From positions 1,116,001-1,180,000 of the forward strand of contig CM022674.1 in the NCBI GenBank assembly GCA_012295275.1: a DNA stretch of 64,000 bases, in the 5' to 3' direction. The stretch comes from Chrysomallon squamiferum. Its lineage: Eukaryota > Animalia > Mollusca. The position numbers were made by a program, and so were the translations under genes. This document shows, piece after piece, positions 42,939 to 55,400 of the stretch; position 1 is the stretch's first letter, and each line of letters begins with the position of its first letter. The notes below the pieces were generated by a model that was given only the letters and a program-made list of their open reading frames with translations, was not told the origin of the DNA and made no database searches.

Positions 42939-44146
42939 GATTATTATTATTATTATATTTTTATTGATTGATTAATTGATTGATTTAATGGAAATTATAA
43001 AGAAGGTTTGCAAGGGTAGATGTTCTTAACTGTTTTGAAAGTAACAATAGACTGGGTAGTTTGTTGTTTTTTTTATTTTATTTTATTTAATTTTGTTTTG
43101 GTTATTTTTGTTATATAATACATTCATGTTCAGTTATATTACTTTTTTTTTTTTAAGATTCCGAAAAATATAAATGGAGGAACTGGTGGATTTATGCCTT
43201 TTGGATTCTCTGGAATGATGTCTGGAGCTGCAACCTGCTTCTATGCTTTTGTAGGATTTGATTGCATAGCAACAACAGGTAAAACATATTTGTTAAACAC
43301 TAAATTAACTATTACATTGTTTTAGCAACAACAGGTAAAAAAATATTTGTTAAACACTAAATTAACTATTGCATTGTAATAGCAACAACAAGTATGCTAC
43401 TAATACTATTACTGCTACTACTGCTATTATTAACAGTACTAATGATAACAGTAATAGTAATAATAATGGTAATAGTAACAACAACTACTACAGTAATAAT
43501 AATAATGATGATGATGGTGATGATTAATAACAGTAATAATAAGAACAACAACTTTAAAACAACAATTATAATAATGATAATGATAATAATAATAATAATG
43601 ATGATGATAATGATAATAATAACAATTGTAATAATAATAATAATAATAATAATAACTAATAAAAACGACAATAATAATATAAATGATCAGGATGAAGATG
43701 ATGATGATTAATAATAGTAATAATAAGAACAGCAATAAAACAACAATTATAATAATAAGAAGAAGAAGAAGAAGAAGAAGAAATTGATGATGATGATAGT
43801 AATCTTGACAACAAACCTTATAAGACTGAACCATTGTCGCTTGTCTAAGGGATAAATAGCTTACTTTTATTTTATATGCTTCCAAATGATTCTTTGGGTA
43901 ATAGGCAACTATATCTTTGGTAATAATAAAGTTTGACAATAAAATGTACTTAGATTTTTGACTGTAACATAACTTTCAGAAAATGTTATTATTTAAACTG
44001 ATTTTATTGTTTGTTGTTTTGTTGTTGTTGTTGTTGTTTTTATTGTTATTATTATTATTATTTAGTTTATTATTATTGTTATTGTGTTGTTGTTTTTATT
44101 ATTATTTTTTTATCATTATTATTTATCATCGTTGTTGTTGCTGTTA

Positions 44147-44183
<37 letters not shown>

Positions 44184-45273
44184 TATTATTATTATTACTA
44201 ATACTATTATTATTATTATTATTATCATTATTATTTATCATCATTGTTGTTGTTGTTGCTGTTATATTTATTATAATTATAATTATTATTATTATTATTA
44301 TTACTACTACTACTATTATTATTATTATTATTATTACTATTATTATTATTACTACTACTACTATTATTATTAATATTATTACTACTATTATTATTATTAT
44401 TACTATTATTATTATTACTACTACTATTATTATTTTTATTATTACTATTATTATTATTATTACTACTACTACTATTATTATTATTACTACTACTACTACT
44501 ACTACTATACTATTATTATTATTATTACTACTACTACTATTATTATTATTACTACTACTACTACTACTATACTATTATTATTATTACTACTACTATTATT
44601 ATTATTATTATTACTATTATTACTATTATTACTACTACTACTATTATTATTATTATTACTACTACTACTACTACTATACTATTATTATTATTATTACTAC
44701 TACTACTACTACTATACTATTATTATTATTATTACTACTACTATTATTATTGTTACAGGTGAAGAAGCTAAGAATCCTAAGAAGTCTATACCTATCAGTA
44801 TAGTTCTGTCTCTCCTGGCAGTCACCTTGGCTTACTGTGGCCTGTCTGTTGTTTTAACCCTCATGTGTCCATACTACCTGCTTGACCCCAACGCCCCCCT
44901 GCCCTTTGTGTTCCAGCGGGTGGGATGGGGTGTGGCCAAGTATATCATTTCTATAGGTGCAATATGTGGTCTGTCTACCAGGTAAGTGAATTTAATCATT
45001 ACATTTTTTTAATATTTTGTGAGCTGAAAGGTTTTTCATGTTGTTGTTATTGCAAAAAAACCAAACTGAATGAAATAATTTTGTTAAATTTTGGTTCATT
45101 AAGATCATTTGTTCATATTCATTAACAATAAATTTAAGATAATTATCTTTTTTTTTTCTTTTAAAAAAAAAAAAAAATGAAAACAGAGGATTTTATGGTT
45201 CATATAACTTTTATTATAAAAAATAAACAAAATAAATGGTCCAGAAAAACAACAACAAAAATAATGATGATAA

Positions 45274-45343
<70 letters not shown>

Positions 45344-48300
45344 AAAGAAATTCTAAATCTTTTCATCTTATATTCCTGGAAAAGAAAGTAAAAACAAAAA
45401 AGAATTTTTTATTTTATTTTTATTTTATTTTTTTTCTTCTTCTTTGCCATTGATTTCCTTAGTTTAATGTATTCATTCATTTATATTTTGTTAATTTTTA
45501 TTTTTTATTTTTTTTTTTGGTTTAATTTCCTTTACACACTGTGCTTTACGTTGAGGAGTAAAGAATTGGTGAAAATAATCTTATTAGTCTTTTTTTTGTC
45601 GAGCATGAGGTGACCGTAAACAAATTTATTTTTTATTAAGATAATTTTAAAATTACAAAGGAGATGAGACCAAAAGAGTTATTTAAAAAACGTAAAACCA
45701 AAAAAAACCTAATAAAAAAAAAATTAATAACAAAAAAAAAATAGTTTTGAAATTAAGGCTATAAAAAAGTAATTTTAAAATGAACCAAAAAGAATAACAT
45801 GGTTATAAAACATTAAAAAAAAAGAAAAAAAAAAGAAAGATAATTCTCATGAAAAGAAAAAAATAATTTAAAAACTAAATTAAAAGAAAAAAGATAAATT
45901 ATAAAATCTAAAAAAAAAAAATGAAGAAGACAAAAAAGAAGAAAGGAAACCTAAGAAAATGTCCTCAAACTCTAATAAAACATCTTATCAATGTTGTTTC
46001 ATGTTTTCGTGTCACTAACAAGCTTTTCTTTCGTCTCATTTACTCTCTCCTTTCATCTGGCGTGTGAACTGCTGATACTAGTGACACAGTAAACAGTCTG
46101 AGTCAGTTTGCTTCTTTCTTTGATCTCTCACAGTTTGCTGGGTGCAATGTTTCCTCTGCCGCGGGTTCTCTACGCGATGGGAAGCGACGGGCTGCTGTTT
46201 CAAATCCTCGGCTGGGTCTACCCGAGATTCCAGACGCCCATCGTAGGCTGCGCCGTGTCAGGGGTGTTTGCAGGTGGGTGGAGTCTGTTTACAGTGAAAA
46301 GAGTGTTTGTAGAATGATTGTATATGATATTTGAAAATGTTTACAATGAAAAGAATGTTTGTAGAGTCTGGAAATGTTTACAGTGAAAAGAATGTTTGTA
46401 GAATGATTGTATATGATATTTGAAAATATTTACAATGAAAAGAATGTTTGTAGAGTCTGGAAATGTTTACAGTGAAAAGAATGTTTGTAGAGTGATGTCT
46501 GAAAATGTTTACAGTTAAAAGAATGTTTGTAGAGTGATGGTGTGTGATTTCTGAAAATGTTTACAGTTAAAAGAATGTTTGTAGAGTGATGGTGTGTGAT
46601 TTCTGAAAATGTTTACAGTTAAAAGAATGTTTGTAGAGTGATATCTGGAAATGTTTACAGAGAAAAGAATGTTTGTAGATTCTGGAAATGTTTACAGTTA
46701 AAAGAATGTTTGTAGAGTCTGGAAATGTTTACAGTGAAAAGAATGTTTGTAGAGTCTGGAAATGTTTACAGTGAAAAGAATGTTTGTAGAGTGATACCTG
46801 GACATATTTACCATGAAAAGAATGTTTGTAGAGTGATGGCTGGAAATGTTTACAGTGAAAAGAATGTTTGTAGAGTGATATCTGGAAATGTTTACAATGA
46901 AAAGAATCTTTGATAGATTTATGGTAGGTGATATATGAAAATGTGATGGAAATGTTTACATTGATAAGAATGTTCAAAAGTGTTTGTTTGTGGATGATAT
47001 TCACAAATATTTATATGTGATGAGAAAGTTTACAAGTGGGTATGATGACTAATATCCCAAAAGGTTTACAGTATTGAGAGTGTTGCATAATGAGCTGTAA
47101 ATGTTTACTGTAATGAAATTGTGTCTGAAGACTGATGTTGACTGAGAATGTTTACAATTATGAGAACGTTTACAATTATATGAATGTTTACAATTATGAG
47201 AATGTTTACAATTATGAGAATGTTTACAATTATATGAATGTTTACAATTATGAGAATGTTTACAATTATGAGAATGTTTACAATTATATGAATGTTTACA
47301 ATTATGAGAATGTTTACAATTATAAGAATGTTTACAATTATGAGAATGTTTACAATTATGAGAATGTTTGGAGGTGAGAGGTGAGTAATTTTACAAAGAT
47401 GTTTTCAGAGATGTTTGTACACAGAGGTAGGTGATTTTTCTATTCAGTTGTTGATATACGTCTTTTCATTTGTTCACAGGCTTCATGGCTATGATGTTTA
47501 ACTTGAAAGAACTTGTGGACATGATGTCAATTGGGACTTTGTTAGCGTACACACTGGTCTCTGTCAGTGTTCTTATTCTGAGGTATGTCTCTGTGTAACA
47601 TACATTTCTGTGTAACACATGTTTCTGTGTAACATGCATTTCTGTGTAACACACATTTCTGTGTAACATACCTTTCTGTGTAACATATATTTCTGTGTAA
47701 GCAAATAAAAGTTTAATTCTTTTCCAGAAATAAAACAAACTATCATTATTACCAATTTTATTTTGTTAGCGTTTCACTTTTACTTTCACTTTCACTTTCA
47801 CTTTTAATATCGCTGTAATCTTTAGTTTCATTTTTCTCGTCAAACAGCTTATTAGTTTATCTTCTTTCTTTTTATGTATATCTGTTATGTATATAGTTGT
47901 CTGTCTGTCTGTCTGCCTGTCCGTCTGTCTGTCTGCCTGCTTATCTTTCTCTTTAGATATATATCTATCTATGTATCTGTCTATCTGTCTGTCTGTTTAT
48001 CTATCTGTCTGTCTATATAATATCATCTATCTATATCTGTACCACTCTCTATATCTCTGTCTAAATACCTGTTTATCTACCTGTGTATGTATGTATGTAT
48101 GTATGTAGGTATGTAGGTATGTTTTTCTGTAATATCTGTCTATCTGTCTATCTGTCTAACTGTATCTGTTTATTTAAAGATATCAGCCAGATGAAGATTT
48201 ACCTGGTTCAGTAAGAAACGCTGACATGAACAATGATGACATAATTACTAACGATATTCAGTACAACAGCACTCAGCTGCTGTGTCCCGCATCGCCAGTC

Positions 48301-51075
48301 CCAACATCCGTATCAGGATCCATAGCTACTTGGAGTGTGGCGTTGTTATGTAAGACTCTGAATGTCAAAGAGTGGCAGTCCTCCCATTGTGCAGCAGTCC
48401 ACAATCGACTGTGATTTCCTATCAGTTTGTAGATGTCAAAAGTGGCAGTCCTCTCATAGTGTATAAGATTGTGTATCTGTGTTGAATCTTTGTTGTGTAT
48501 CTATGTTGAATCTTTGTTGTGTATCTATGTTGAATCTTTGTTGTGTATCTATGTTGAATCTTTGTTGTATATCTATGTTTAATCTTTGTTGTGTATCTAT
48601 GTTGAATCTTTGTTGTGTATCTATGTTGAATCTTTGTTGTATATCTATGTTGAATCTTTGTTGTGTATCTATGTTGTATGTATATTTGTTGTGTATCTAT
48701 GTTGAATCTTTGTTGTATATCTATGTTGAATCTTTGTTGTGTATCTATGTTGAATCTTTGTTGTGTCTCTATGTTGAATCTTTGTTGTGTCTCTATGTTG
48801 AATCTTTGTTGTGTATCTGTGTTGAATCTTTGTTGTATATCTATGTTGAATCTTTGTTTAATCTTTGTTGTATATCTGTGTTGAATCTTTGTTGAATATC
48901 TATGTTGAATCTTTGTTGTATATCTATGTTGTATGTATATTTGTTGTGTATCTATGTTTAATCTTTGTTGTATATCTATGTTGTATGTATATTTGTTGTG
49001 TATCTATGTTTAATCTTTGTTGTATATCTATGTTTAATCTTTGTTGTATATCTATGTTGAATCTTTGTTGTATATCTATGTTTAATCTTTGTTGTATATC
49101 TATGTTTAATCTTTGTTGTATATCTATGTTTAATCTTTGTTGTATATCTATGTTTAATCTTTGTTGTATATCTATGTTGTATGTATATTTGTTGTATATT
49201 TATGTTTAATCTTTGTTGTATATCTATGTTTAATCTTTGTTGTATATCTATGTTGAATCTTTGTTGTATATCTATGTTGAATCTTTGTTGTGTCTCTATG
49301 TTGAATCTTTGTTGTATATCTATGTTGAATCTTTGTTGTGTCTCTATGTTGAATCTTTGTTGTGTATCTGTGTTGAATCTTTGTTGTGTGTCTATGTTTA
49401 ATCTTTGTTGTATATCTATGTTGTATGTATATTTGTTGTATATTTATGTTTAATCTTTGTTGTATATCTATGTTTAATCTTTGTTGTATATCTATGTTGA
49501 ATCTTTGTTGTGTATCTATGTTGTATGTATATTTGTTGTATATCTATGTTGAATCTTTGTTGTATATCTATGTTGTATGTATATTTGTTGTGTATTTATG
49601 TTGAATCTTTGTTGTGTATCTATGTTGAATCTTTGTTTAATCTTTGTTGTATATCTATGTTGAATCTTTGTTGTGTATCTATGTTGAATCTTTGTTGTGT
49701 ATCTATGTTTAATCTTTGTTGTGTATCTATGTTGAATCTTTGTTGTGTATCTATGTTGAATCTTTGTTGTGTATCTATGTTGAATCTTTGTTGTGTGTCT
49801 ATGTTGAATCTTTGTTGTGTATCTATGTTGAATCTTTGTTTAATCTTTGTTGTATATCTGTGTTGAATCTTTGTTGAATATCTATGTTGAATCTTTGTTG
49901 TATATCTATGTTGTATGTATATTTGTTGTGTATCTATGTTTAATCTTTGTTGTATATCTATGTTGTATGTATATTTGTTGTGTATCTATGTTTAATCTTT
50001 GTTGTATATCTATGTTGTATGTATATTTGTTGTGTATCTATGTTGAATCTTTGTTGTGTATCTATGTTGAATCTTTGTTGTGTATCTATGTTGAATCTTT
50101 GTTGTATATCTATGTTGTATGTATATTTGTTGTGTATCTATGTTGAATCTTTGTTGTGTATCTATGTTGTATGTATATTTGTTGTGTATTTATGTTGAAT
50201 CTTTGTTGTGTATCTATGTTGAATCTTTGTTGTGTATCTATGTTGAATTTTTGTTGTATATCTGTGTTGAATCTTTGTTGTGTGTCTATGTTGAATCTTT
50301 GTTGTGTATCTATGTTGAATTTTTGTTGTATATCTATGTTTAATTTTTGTTGTATATTTATGCTGAATGTATATTTGTTGTATATCTATTTTAGTACTAC
50401 TGTTACTTTTATTGCTAAAATTGTTGTTCATGATTTTTATCTTATTATGTTACATTAACGAAATTTTAGTTTTATATATGTATGTATAATATTATTGTTA
50501 TTATTATTATTATCTTTATTATTATTATTACTACTACAACTACTACTACTACTACTACTACTACAACTATTATCATTATTATTATTATTATTGAAATAAT
50601 AGTTTCATACATTTAATTATGTTAATCTTCATAGTTCATACTCGTTTTAGGGCACATATTGATGGGGTTTTTTTTATAAAATTGAAAAATGTCTGTGTTT
50701 TCAGGTTTGTTTATTTCTTTTTTCTGTGCCACTGTGATTTACACAGAGGATTATCTGATGAAACTGACATGGTGGGCAATCCTGATTTCTGTCATCTTTG
50801 GTTGTCTAATCATCATCTGTGTTTTGTTTCTATGGAAACAGCCAGAAAGCAAAGCAGAACTATGGTTTAAGGTAAACTGATTTTATTTAATTATTTATTG
50901 ATTTAATGATTTATTGATTTATTTATTGTTGTTGTTGTTGTTACCATCATCGTCATTCTTCTTCTTATTATTATTTTTATTATTGTTACTACTACCACGA
51001 CTACGACTACTGCTACTATTATTTTTATTATTATTATTATTTAGTCATGTGTGTAGGACAATTTAGGAAAGATAA

Positions 51076-51172
<97 letters not shown>

Positions 51173-51446
51173 GACGTTATGATTCTGACGTTCCATTATT
51201 TATTCATTCATTTTAAATTATATGTTATAATTCATTCATTCATTTATTCATTCATTCATTCATTTTTATTTATTGATTGATTAACTCACTCATTCAGTCA
51301 TTTTTTGCTTCTTTTGTCATATATTTCATTCATCCAGGTACCTCTGCTTCCAATACTGCCTTGCCTTAGTATCTTTATCAACATATATCTCATGATGAAG
51401 TTATCTGCCCTTACTTGGATCAGGTTTGGTGTGTGGATGGCTATAG
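39749..51446 (+). CDS. SLC7A1: Cationic amino acid transporter (CAT1/2/3 family, slimfast-like APC permease); 11 coding exons visible, 3' partial
   Basis: Exons 39749-39857, 40238-40357, 41433-41561, 42087-42382, 43158-43278, 44759-44981, 46134-46273, 47480-47582, 48180-48349, 50705-50871, 51338-51446, all GT-AG and phase-consistent (~562 codons). CAT motifs: [108 protein letters not shown]. The terminal exon is absent before the gap. The symbol marks the family; exact orthology among SLC7A1/2/3 is not resolvable. Confidence 0.93.
43390..44752. repeat. Trinucleotide tracts in CAT intron 5: (AAT/GAT/AGT)n at the 5' side and (ATT/ACT)n at the 3' side
   Basis: Directly visible; the 3' tract runs up to the acceptor. 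Confidence 0.92.
46280..46912 (+). repeat. ~36-53-bp minisatellite (GAAATGTTTACAGTGAAAAGAATGTTTGTAGAGT...)n in CAT intron 7
   Basis: Starts within ~10 nt of the donor at 46274. Confidence 0.92.
47143..47370 (+). repeat. 18-bp minisatellite (GAGAATGTTTACAATTAT)n with a 54-bp higher-order period
   Basis: ORF track pattern [18 protein letters not shown]. Confidence 0.93.
47583..47700 (+). repeat. 17-bp tandem repeat (TACATTTCTGTGTAACA) x7 starting at the CAT exon-8 donor
   Basis: Directly visible from the GT onward. Confidence 0.9.
48477..50390 (+). repeat. 24-bp minisatellite (GTTGAATCTTTGTTGTGTATCTAT)n with a 28-bp variant, in CAT intron 9
   Basis: About 1.9 kb of units; it is the source of the (SMLNLCCV)n pseudo-ORFs. 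Confidence 0.97.
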
Positions 51447-51976
51447 GTGAGTGTTAATGTTTAGTATAGTCCTCAAAAAAAGTTAAGCTACATCGGGTGA
51501 TGTACAGATATGCACAGTTATTTGACAGTTACTAATAAAGGTTTGATATCAAAAACTTAATGTGCAATAACTGTGCCTAAGGATCACACTGACGTTGTTA
51601 AAAGTTGTGTTAGAGTTGTCTGCTCCTGAATGCCACCTGTTATATGTCATATATACATTGTATGCTTTATTTTATTTTATTTTCTTTCTTTGTTTCTTTA
51701 TTTCTTTATTTATATATTTACTTACTTACTTATTTTTGTCTGTTTATTTATTTTTTTATTTATTTCTAGTTGTTTTCATTTTTTTTTCTCACTGCCACCT
51801 TTAAAAAAATAAAACTTTTGTGTCAAATGGTTTAGCAAAACAGATTAAATTACGTTGGTTAGAGATATTGTGTTACGTGAATACTCAATTGCTGTAGTAA
51901 CCCATCTTCCTGATACAGTCTAGGTCAATTTTATTTAACTGCTCATGTCAATACGTAACTGAACGAAGTACAACAA

Positions 51977-52176
51977 NNNNNNNNNNNNNNNNNNNNNNNN
52001 NNNNNNNNNNNNNNNNNNNNNNNNNNNNNNNNNNNNNNNNNNNNNNNNNNNNNNNNNNNNNNNNNNNNNNNNNNNNNNNNNNNNNNNNNNNNNNNNNNNN
52101 NNNNNNNNNNNNNNNNNNNNNNNNNNNNNNNNNNNNNNNNNNNNNNNNNNNNNNNNNNNNNNNNNNNNNNNNNNNN
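51977..52176. other. Assembly gap (200 N)
   Basis: Run of 200 N; the round number is typical of a scaffolding gap of unknown true size. Confidence 0.99.
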
Positions 52177-52425
52177 TTGTATATAAGTAATACTAAATTC
52201 AAGAAAATATAAATAAATAAATAAATAAATAAATAAATTAAATAAATAAATAAATAAATAAACAAACAAATAAATAAATAAACATAAATGGATAAATAAA
52301 TAAATAATAACAAATAAACAAATAAATAAACATAAATAGTTAAATAAATATAAATAAATAAATAAATAAATAAACAATAAATAAATAAATATAAATAAAT
52401 AAACAAACAAAGGGAAATAACTCAC

Positions 52426-55400
52426 CTAGAAAACAAAGCTCTAGCCAAAGCAAGTCGCATTCTCCAGCCACCTGAAAATTCTCTGAAATAAAAAAATAAA
52501 AAAATTACTGATTATTTTTAACACTTAAAATTAAATACTAATAAATTCCAGCTATAAACAATATTTTTAATTAAATTTAAAATCCGAGGTAAAAATAATC
52601 GACATAAAAAATATTAACATATAAAAAAGACATAAAGTTGTAAAATACACATTTTCAATAACTTTGAAATTCTTTCTCCTGAATTCAACATTATCACAAA
52701 CATCCAGAACAGAGAAATCTTTCTACCTGTTTCTGCACATTATATCAGTCCATATCTCGATATCTATCATTTCTACATATCTTGTCTATCAACCTATTTA
52801 TCAGTCTTTTTTTCAGTATGTCTGTCTGTCTGTCTGTCTATACATCTATCCCTACATAAATCAGTGAGTACCCAAAATATTTTAACAGCCTGTAAGTTAA
52901 TCTATAAAGAAATTGTAGCTATAAAATAACATGTAACGGTTGAGTCTTCTAGTAATGTTTTTTTTATAAATCTCTGTAACTATCTAAGTGTTTACCTGGG
53001 TTTTTTTTATAAATCTCTGTAACTATCTAAGTGTTTACCTGGGTTTTTTTTATAAATCTCTGTAACTATCTAAGTATTTACCTGGGTTTTTTTTATAAAT
53101 CTCTGTAACTATCTAAGTATTTACCTGTTTGTTTTATAAATCTCTGTAACTATCTAAGTATTTACCTGTTTTTTTTTTTTATAAATCTCTGTAACTATCT
53201 AAGTATTTACCTGGGTTTTTTATAAATCTCTGTAACTAAGTATGTACCTGGGTTTTTTATAAATCTCTGTAACTAAGTATGTACCTGGGTTTTTTATAAA
53301 TCTCTGTAACTAAGTATGTACCTGGGTTTTTTATAAATCTCTGTAACTAAGTATGTACCTGGGTTTTTTATAAATCTCTGTAACTATCTAAGTATTTACC
53401 TGTTTGTTTTTTTGAAAATCTCTGTAACTATCTAAGTATTTACCTGGGTTTTTTACAAATCTCTGTAACTATCTAAGTATGTACCTGGGTTTTTTATAAA
53501 TCTCTGTAACTAAGTATGTACCTGGGTTTTTTATAAATCTCTGTAACTATCTAAGTATTTACCTGTTTGTTTTTTTGAAAATCTCTGTAACTATCTAAGT
53601 ATGTACCTGGGTTTTTTATAAATCTCTGTAACTAAGTATGTACCTGGGTTTTTTATAAATCTCTGTAACTAAGTATGTACCTGGGTTTTTTATAAATCTC
53701 TGTAACTATCTAAGTATTTACCTGGGTTTTTTACAAATCTCTGTAACTATCTAAGTATTTACCTGGGTTTTTTATAAATCTCTGTAACTATCTAAGTATT
53801 TTATTTACCTGGTAGGGCGTGACTGCCCCTCGGATGAGAAACCGAGCCCAGCCAGGATGACAGCAGCTCTGGCAGGGGCCTTTTCTGCCTCCATCTCCTC
53901 CAGTTCTTTGTAGACTTCGTGGAGTCGCGTGGAAAGATCCTTGTCAGAGGATGATGGACTGATTGAAACACAAGAACAATTCTGACTGATTGAAACACAC
54001 AAGAATGATTCTGACTGATTGAAACACACAGTTTGTATCAGAACTCATCAACAAAGTTAATTCACAACACAACATTCATTCATTAACTGCACATCAGAAA
54101 GAGGGATAGAGGTACGACAACGAGTGAGATGATAAAATTAATAAAAATAATAAAATGACGACACAGAAATATCACCTAAATTGTCAAAAGCTGGATATAT
54201 TTTGTTTTCAAATTTTTTTTTATTAATCATCTCTGCTAAATATTTTTAGTAAAACAGAACATAAACGTGTAACTTGTAAAGAAATGATTCTTGCTATATT
54301 ACCTTGAAAAATTTGGTTATGCAGAAATGATTCTCACTGTTTTATTACCTTGAAAAATTTGGTTATACAGAAATGATTCTTGTTATATTATTACCTTGAA
54401 AAATTCAGTTAATGCAGAAATGATTCTTGCTATATTATTACCTTGACGAGTTCAGTTTGGCCGCAATGTCTTTCTCCTCTTTGAGTAGAGACTCGCGTTT
54501 TATGTCGCACTCTAGGACACTCTGCAGGGCAGGCGTGTCATCCCCCACCACTTCCTGTTCGACATGCAGAATCGTGATGTGTGATGGAATCTTCAACTGT
54601 CCACTGGCAAAACAACGTCACATAAAAACATATTCATTAGCATATAACAATGGGAAGAACTGTAGGTAAAGGTCTGTCTTTTTATTAGACAGAAAGACAG
54701 ATTATATAAATGCTTGTAAATAAATATATGAACTGAGAGATAGACAGAAATAAAAAGAAGGTTAAATGTTTCTGATTTTATACACAACAGTGACATAAGT
54801 AAATAGTGATTACCTACCCAGCTATCATTTTTAACAGAGTTGTCTTTCCCAAACCATTTCGTCCAATTAAACCATAACGTCTACCAGCCATTAGGTAAAT
54901 ACTCGCACCAGACAAAAGAACTCTTTTGTGAGGAAAAAATAAAAAAAGATAATAATATAAACATTGGATTAAAAAAGAACATATATATATATATATACAC
55001 ATATATACACATAAAAGAAAGTGTCCTCAAAATGATGAAGCATTATTATCAGCAAGGAAAACACTAGAAAAATTTAATTTAAAAAAAAAAATCTAATTAG
55101 TAAAAATATATATTTTTTTATACCTCATATGAATATATACACAGTTAAAGAACATATATAAACAAGTATAAAAAACCAGAAAAAAATGAAAAGAATGTTT
55201 TTTTCATTTTATTCTCTTTCTGTGTCAAACACAAACCCATACTTTTCTTTTTAAAAAAAAATATATAAAAAATAAAGTAAAAAGCACCAAAGAAATAACA
55301 GCTGAGAATTATGACTGATGGTAATAAGCAAACTCAGTGACGAAGCAAAGTTTCATACCTTTCTCCAAAAGCAATATCGAAGTCTTCAATTCGTATGTCG

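Noticed and set aside
47135-47377. (ENVYNY)n ORF resembling a repetitive shell or adhesive protein
   Set aside because: It is an 18-bp intronic repeat; CAT exons 7 and 8 join in phase without it.
44982-47479. Second mutually exclusive exon as in CAT-2A/2B
   Set aside because: No paralogous exon was seen in either flanking intron.
48479-50458. Cys-rich (SMLNLCCV)n ORFs resembling metallothionein or structural proteins
   Set aside because: They are a by-product of a 24-bp intronic minisatellite; frames are broken by the 28-bp variants and there is no splice support.
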